From: Octopus vulgaris
Lineage: Eukaryota
DNA: 64,000 nucleotides
NCBI GenBank assembly: GCA_951406725.2
Contig: OX597822.1
Coordinates: 29,946,001 to 30,010,000 of the forward strand
Reading direction: 5' to 3'
Below, piece after piece: positions 55,290 through 64,000 of the stretch. The notes under the pieces are model-generated. The model saw nothing but the letters and a program-made list of their open reading frames with translations, had not been told where the DNA came from and searched no databases. Within the stretch, counting starts at the first letter, position 1, and every line of letters begins with the position of its first letter. The position numbers and the translations under genes were made by a program.

Positions 55290-57424
55290 TTCATCGCAGT
55301 CACAGTCTTTAATTATTCATACCAAAGCTGATAAATCCCCAGGATTTGGAAAGTGAAGAAAATTAGGACAGTTGCAAAACGTTTGTGAAACTACTTCTGG
55401 TGGCTGAACCTCGTCGTTTAAAAGGTCTCGTCGCTTATAGATGACCTGCAGAGTTAGTAATAACAGTGACAATAATAGCAGTCGCAAAACAGCAACAAAC
55501 AGCTGCTTTGAATCAAGTAAATATATCATGTAAAACGTGTTGGTAATTATTAGCTCGTCGAATTCTATACTTTCACTTACGTTATGTAAGCTCAGAGTAG
55601 ACACTTCTAATTATGTTGGTTGGTTACAATACATATCAATTATCACTGAATGTCAACTTTGCTAATGATACATTCTCTTTCTTTTTTATATTTCGAAATA
55701 GCAATGCAGTTTTATTGGTGTTAGATACTGAAATAATTTCTCTTAATCGATATAGTTGCATGGAAAATTGAAAGAATAATATCTTATGAAAGAGATGCGA
55801 CAAAATAAAAGGCCAATATGATATTTACAAACTTGCCACATACTGGAGAAGATGACACTGGATATGCAACTAATTTCAGTCATGTATACTGGGACTGCAA
55901 TACTGCGCCATATAGAAAAAAATACAATTTCCCAGTAGAGCAAATGGTTTTCCGTCGGGTTCGACGATGAGTATTTAGTGGTTGGATTACCCGATTTACT
56001 GAATTATTTTTTTCGTCTCGTGTGAATTAGCGTGAAAGTGGTTGAGTATTCCGTAGATATGTATAATCGTAACAACATTCTCAAGTGGAATCAATGCCAC
56101 ATTTTGTGTGTATGTGTATGTGTGTGTGTGAAAAACCGTACCATTTGAATTACAGGTAGAATTCATCCGATTTCCGTGTATCCACTTTCACTAACAACAT
56201 TTGGATCGAGCAGCGAATGTGATAAAAGATACCATTGATGCGACTCCATGATATTGAACTCAGAACCTCATAATTACGAAGCGAACTTCTTAAATATCCA
56301 GCTATGTGGCGTCCACTTGGTGAAATTGACAGAGCTACGATGTATCTGAAAGAAAGGATCTTTTGCCGTACGACTGAAACCCTACGTGCATATTCATATC
56401 TAGTTAGTGTTAATGATTCTTTCATTAAATACATCAACGTTAACTTACCAAATGTTCTGTTTATTTTTTAATTTAATTTATTTATTTTTTTTTACATAGA
56501 TAAGTTTTCTCTGAATTATACTTTCAGAAACAATTATGATTACCAATGGTAATTAATGTACAATAATGTATATTTACCGAGGGAATCCTTTCTCCTCACT
56601 TCAGAAACAACGATGAAAGTTATATAACACAGAGGAGATCAGAATAAGACCGAAGCTGCCGAGCTGACTTCCCACAGACTTCTTCAGTTAATTTTCGCTC
56701 CTGTCACCTCCCCTTAAAGTTGTGCAGATTAACTCGATACCATTAGAGTAACGTGTTTCACATGTGCCAACACAACTCTTTCACATACCACTAAGCATGG
56801 GATGATCCTCAACGTCTCTAGTTTTTGCAGTTGTGACTCTAAAGTCAGTACATACAAGAGGCGTGAGTGGGTAGCTCTGGCGAACCGAGCGCAAGATACT
56901 GAACGATTCCAGTTTGTGGTCATTTGCTCTGATCACAGAGCAGATATGCTACATTACAGCTATCCTTCGGCTGAAAATGGGTCCGAAACCAGCTGCTTTA
57001 AGGACACCGGCAATCAGACGATAAATTATTTGCATTACAAATGTGGCCCACCTTCTTCTGGTCCTTTCTCAGAAGTGCCTCCACTCTTCGGTTCAAATGA
57101 CTAGCGATTTTCCTATCATGTTGCCAGTTGCGGTATCATCTGTTAACAGGTTGCCGAAGAAGTCAGGGATATTGGTCTAAAGCTCGTTGGGAAAAACTAT
57201 CTAAACCAGGCGACTTATTCCTCGGCAGCCAGATATGACTTCCCTTGGTTAAGTGATTGTATCGTCCTTTCGCAACCCTCTGACGCCGCTGCCGAGATTA
57301 GCAGGAGGTCATCGGCGCAGGCACTGCAATCCGGCACCCACTCGTCTCGAACAGTGGAGCCAAGGCCCGCCGAAGAGTTGCACACTATTGCTTGAAATCA
57401 AGTAAGCAGTAATAATAATTATTA

Positions 57425-57610
57425 GCCTTTCTACTAAAGGCACAAGGCCTGAAAGTTGGAGCGAGAGGACGAGTTGATTATATCGACCCCAGTGTTCAAC
57501 TGATACTTATTCTGTTGACCCCGAAAGGATGAGAGGCAAAATCGAACTCGGCGGAATTTGAACTCAGAACGTGAAGACAGACGAAATATCGCTAAGCATT
57601 TTGCCCAAAG
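57425..57610 (-). mobile_element. SINE family B
   Basis: Tail after (AAT) and central domain. Confidence 0.75.
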
Positions 57611-58331
57611 TGAAAACGTTTAGGTCTACACAAGCATGAAGAAGAATGAGCGTTTACATAAACCCGTGTCTCAATAAAAACTAATAATTAACAACAAAAA
57701 TTCCCCAAGTGGATGGTGTACCTCCTTGGAGCAACCAAGGAATCTCACAAACTCCAGTTGCCTAGGATACCATTGACAGGCACCCTTCTCCATCTAATCT
57801 CATGCTACAGGTGTCAGCTTTATGTAGAATCATTTACTCGGGCCTACCTTTCAACAAATTTACTGGGGTGGGGAAATGCCACTCTCTCCAACCTTATTTT
57901 GCTTTCCAAGTGGGATTTGAAAAGGTCCATGACAGCTTAGCTTAGAATGAAAGAGTTTATCCTCAGTCTTTTCAGCCTCGTCCACTGCCCAACCTCTTTT
58001 GCCATACCCACTAAACAGAAATGAATTGCCTGCCCTTCACGGTTAAAGGAAGGGTAGGCAGTTTTCCTCCACTGTCTTTCTCTGGTTAATTTTTACTCCT
58101 GTTACAACTTCGTATTCTCTCAGAGCAGCGCCCATTATCTCGATGTATCTACTGCCCGACACTCTTATAATGACTTCGTCTGCAGTTGATGAAACCAGTC
58201 TCCGACATCCTCTTCACGTGAAGTGCACCTCGATAACTCTTACCCCCGCAACAATGGCTCGAGTGCCTGCGCGTACCTATGGAACGAGAGGAGGAAGCCC
58301 TGACGGAACAAACCGAACGCTTCCGATAAAC

Positions 58332-58675
58332 CAGTAGTTCTCAACCGGGATCCATACGACCCCTGAGGTTCCATATAAAATATATGGGTATCCTCACAAA
58401 AACAGTAAATTGGGGATTCCTGATAGTATTTTAAGGGTCCCTGAAAAATTTTGCATTAGATATATTTATTGGGATGTTTCTTGTAAGAAGCAGCTAGGTT
58501 TTTTCCTTTGATATTTTACACAGTTCGTCCGACACAAGTTAATGCATAAAAAACAAGATAGGAATTTTGAAGAAGTTGAAACTACATTTTAAACATCGAA
58601 TGGCTACGAGGGTCCACCAGAATAAAATAATATTCAAAGGGGTCCACAGATAAAATAAATGGTTGAGAAACCCTG
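58332..58675. mobile_element. hAT (Charlie-like) MITE
   Basis: TIRs CAGTAGTTCTCAACC / GGTTGAGAAACCCTG. 8 bp TSD CGATAAAC / CGATAGAC. Confidence 0.85.
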
Positions 58676-59004
58676 CGATAGACCGTCATTTTTCTCTGAC
58701 CACCGCCAAGGTGTTGCAATACACTGCAGCGATCCAATAACTGAATACGGGATCGAAGCAAGATACCGTGAGGACAGCTGCCACATATTGAGGGTTAACC
58801 CTATCGAAAATTTAAAATAATCATTATGATTTAACATTTTTGCTAAATGTCAACGGGGGAAGTCGATAATATTAATTCTTAGTGTTTAATTTGCACTTTC
58901 TTCTATTGATTCCGAAATGATCAAAAGAAAAGTTGACATCAGAACGTTTTATATGTTCTGATGTCAACTTTTCCAATCAGTTCTACCAGTTCGCTGTGGA
59001 TATA

Positions 59005-60580
59005 ACTGGTACGGCAAAACAATCAGCCATGTCTTGTATATGGGTGACCTAAAACCGTATACTGCAAATGATAATCAACTGGAAACATTACTACAGATAA
59101 TGCATGAATTTAGCAAATAAATAGATATGAAATTCAGCTTATGAAATATGCCAAAGCAACCTTGAAAAGAGGAAAACTAGTTAAGGGTAAAAATATCACA
59201 CTAGATAAAGAAAAGAAAATAAGAGAATTAGACCAAAGCCAGACATACAAATACTTAGGAATCAATGAACTAGATACGGTACAACACACACAAGTGAAAG
59301 AGGAGGTAAGGAAGGAATACTCTAGACGAGTTAGATTAATAATTAAAACAGAGTTCAATGCAAAAAACAAGGTAGTAGGCATCAACACTTTAGATGTTCC
59401 AGTTATAAGTTACAGTTACAATATTATTACTTGGGTACTAAATTAACTAGACAGGAAAACTAGAAAAATAATGACGGAATTAGGATTCACCACCCAAAAT
59501 CAGACATAGAAAGGTTATATATATTTAACGAATTGCAGATAGTAGACGCCTTATACAACTAGAAATCTACTATAAAAATAACCATCGTAGGATTACAGAA
59601 ATACCTAATTCAAAAGCAAGAAGAACTGGTGCAAATAGCCACAAAACTCGAGAAACAAAAAACTGTTTTCTGTCTTTAAGGAAGCCGAAAAATACAAGAA
59701 AAAAAGTCATAGTGTCTGAAAACCATGAAGCAAACGAGCAAACAATAAAAGCTGTAAAACAACTGAAATCCAAACTAAAACTTGAACAGCAACGGATCAT
59801 GATAAAACGATGGCAAGAAAAGCCCTTTTATGGAAAATACTGGGATAAGATAAGCAGAAAAGAAATAGACAAAGTAAAATCCCAACAGTGGTTGAGAAGC
59901 TTAGGACTCAAGGCAGAGACCGAAGGGTTTTTAATTGCAGCACAAGATCAAAGCCTCCCAACCAGAAACACATAATGAAGAAAAATACAACTGCAGAATA
60001 TGTGGTGATGGAGAAGAAACAATAAATCATATTGTCTCTGGCTGCCCAGTCCTGGCTAAGAAGGAATATAACTACAGACATGACAGAGTTGGGACCTATA
60101 TACACTGGAAGATATGCGAATACTATAGAATGTTAAAAGAAAAAAAAAGATAGTATAGGCATACACCAGAAAAGGTTTCAGAAAATGACAAAGCAATAAA
60201 ACTTTGGATATACCAACACAGAGATAGAGAAATCAAGGCTAAAACACCGGATATAGTTGATAGAAATCCTTAAGAAAAAAAATGTCATTTAATCGATGTA
60301 TCAATCCCAAGAGATGACAATGCATCTCTACAAGAAACGGAAAAACTCTCAAAATACAAAGATCTGGAAATAGAGATAACCTGAATGTGGAGCGTAAGAA
60401 CAGAAACAATCCCTATAACGGGTGCATTAGTATGATTAACAAAACATGTAGACAAATACATAACCAAAGCACCAGAATTTGCGAATATATATAACATACA
60501 GAAAATAACACTACAACGCACCGCAAACCTCCAACGTAACGCACTTTCACAACATTGAAAATAACAGCACCAAAACAAAC
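59005..60580 (+). pseudogene. older decayed copy of the R4/Dong-like LINE
   Basis: Colinear with 61190-62800 (TYKYLGI, CRICGDGEETINHIVSGC, RHD) with many stops. Confidence 0.9.
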
Positions 60581-60619
60581 TACAGTTCATACACATTTCA
60601 AAATTTGGCAAAAGGACAG

Positions 60620-60968
60620 AAAGTGGTGGGATAAGTCGATTACAACACCCCTGTCTTCAGATGGTAAGAAAAGATGAAAGGCAAAGACAACCTCGGTGGA
60701 ATTTGAATTCAGAACATAAGGACGGACGAAATGCCGCTCTGCATTTTGTCCGGCGTGCTAGCGATTCTGCCAGATCGCCGCTTTAACGATAATAATTATT
60801 ATTTCTACTGTAGGTGTAAGGCCTTAAAACTGGTACTTATTTCAGCGACCCCGAAAAGATGAAAGGTAAAGTCGACCTCGGCATAATTTGAACTCAGAAC
60901 GTAGCGGCAGACGAAATACCGCTTAGCATTTCGGCCAGCGATATTAACGATTCTGCCAGCTTGCTGCC
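60620..60968 (-). mobile_element. two SINE family B copies
   Basis: Two head motifs ..GATTCTGCCAG.. on the minus strand. Confidence 0.75.
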
Positions 60969-61046
<78 letters not shown>

Positions 61047-61059
61047 CAAAACAAAACAA

Positions 61060-62994
<1,935 letters not shown>

Positions 62995-63001
62995 TAATAA
63001 T

Positions 63002-63502
63002 GGAAGTGTTATCATGTACAATGTTTTGTCTTGGTATAAAAGATAGGCTACAGCAAATATTCTGCTCAATACCACAGATTTGCTTGTAAGTTGTTTGACC
63101 TTCACCAGATGACCATGTCCCTTGATGGCTGATGATATGTGCATCTCTGATCACGAGCGGAAGTAGTGGGGTAGCATCATAGCCATGTGTTGAGAGGAAT
63201 TCTTTGGGGTTTGGATAATTCACCTCTGGAAACATGGGTGTTTCGTTCAACATCCTTAAACAACCCTTATTCAGGGACCTTTTGAGCGGTATGGGTTACT
63301 CGACTACAAGAAAATTTTATCTGGGCTCCACCTGCAAGGTAATGTTCTGTTTATCTTAATATGAGATTACCATATCGCGCACATATGGTTGTGATGCTTG
63401 TGCCTAGTGTACCCCTATCAGACGGGTAGTCATGATGGGTATACTGGGCTTCGTATATTTTACCCCAGTGTCACTTTGATGTCATGCACTGCTCTCTCAC
63501 TC
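63002..63502 (+). mobile_element. ~500 bp (AAT)n-flanked element, probably a non-autonomous R4/Dong derivative
   Basis: Bounded by (AAT)n. Residual peptides CPLMADD, VYLNMRLP, RVVMMGILGFV and VTLMSCTALSL occur in the same order as the LINE endonuclease motifs. Confidence 0.5.
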
Positions 63503-63622
<120 letters not shown>

Positions 63623-63936
63623 ATAGTGGAATATTGCAGATTTATCTGCCTAGTTACGTGCAATTGCGTAAAGCACATTTCCCTAACGATTCGAAGTTGG
63701 TGTTAATGCAGTACAAAGATATAGAAAATAGTATGAGATCCGATTGATGATTTAATCATCTCGGTATTGGTTCAGAGACAAAGACAAGCTGATACATGTC
63801 CTCTGATCGATATCTGAAATCTGACCGAGGCAACACTTTTTTTTTCTGTAAAATACAATACAATTATCAGTATACGTTGCATTCAAACAACAAATAGCAA
63901 CACAGGCAGTATAGTGTGTGTATGTGTGTGTATATG

Positions 63937-63973
<37 letters not shown>

Positions 63974-64000
63974 CAACAATTGAGGGTAAAATTAATTAAT

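Overview
This is repeat-saturated, AT-rich eukaryotic DNA. The SINE families and microsatellite load look like an Octopus/cephalopod genome (inference), and the window is probably intronic or intergenic. No intact host gene is supported; one possible short first exon lies at about 1661-1739. Most entries in the ORF track are translations of microsatellites. Real coding remnants are all from transposons: two Penelope-like elements (PLEs), R4/Dong-type LINEs inserted in (AAT)n and (TACA)n, CR1-like 3' ends, two mariners, a Tc1, DD37D-like remnants and Helitrons. There are also four tRNA-derived SINE families, several MITEs and a ~3.8 kb tandem duplication bounded by (TCTA)n. The most interesting signals are three. 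(1) A PLE 3' end is built as tRNA-like Pol III promoter + (AAT)n + hammerhead ribozyme, and the same module recurs on its own as an inverted unit starting exactly at the tRNA-like head, which makes it a candidate PLE-mobilised ribozyme SINE. (2) About ten minimal hammerhead-like motifs from several different families sit in short, often fold-back inserts, mostly at (TA)n tracts. (3) Different retroelements appear to partition the microsatellite classes as targets. All alignments and RNA folds were done by eye.
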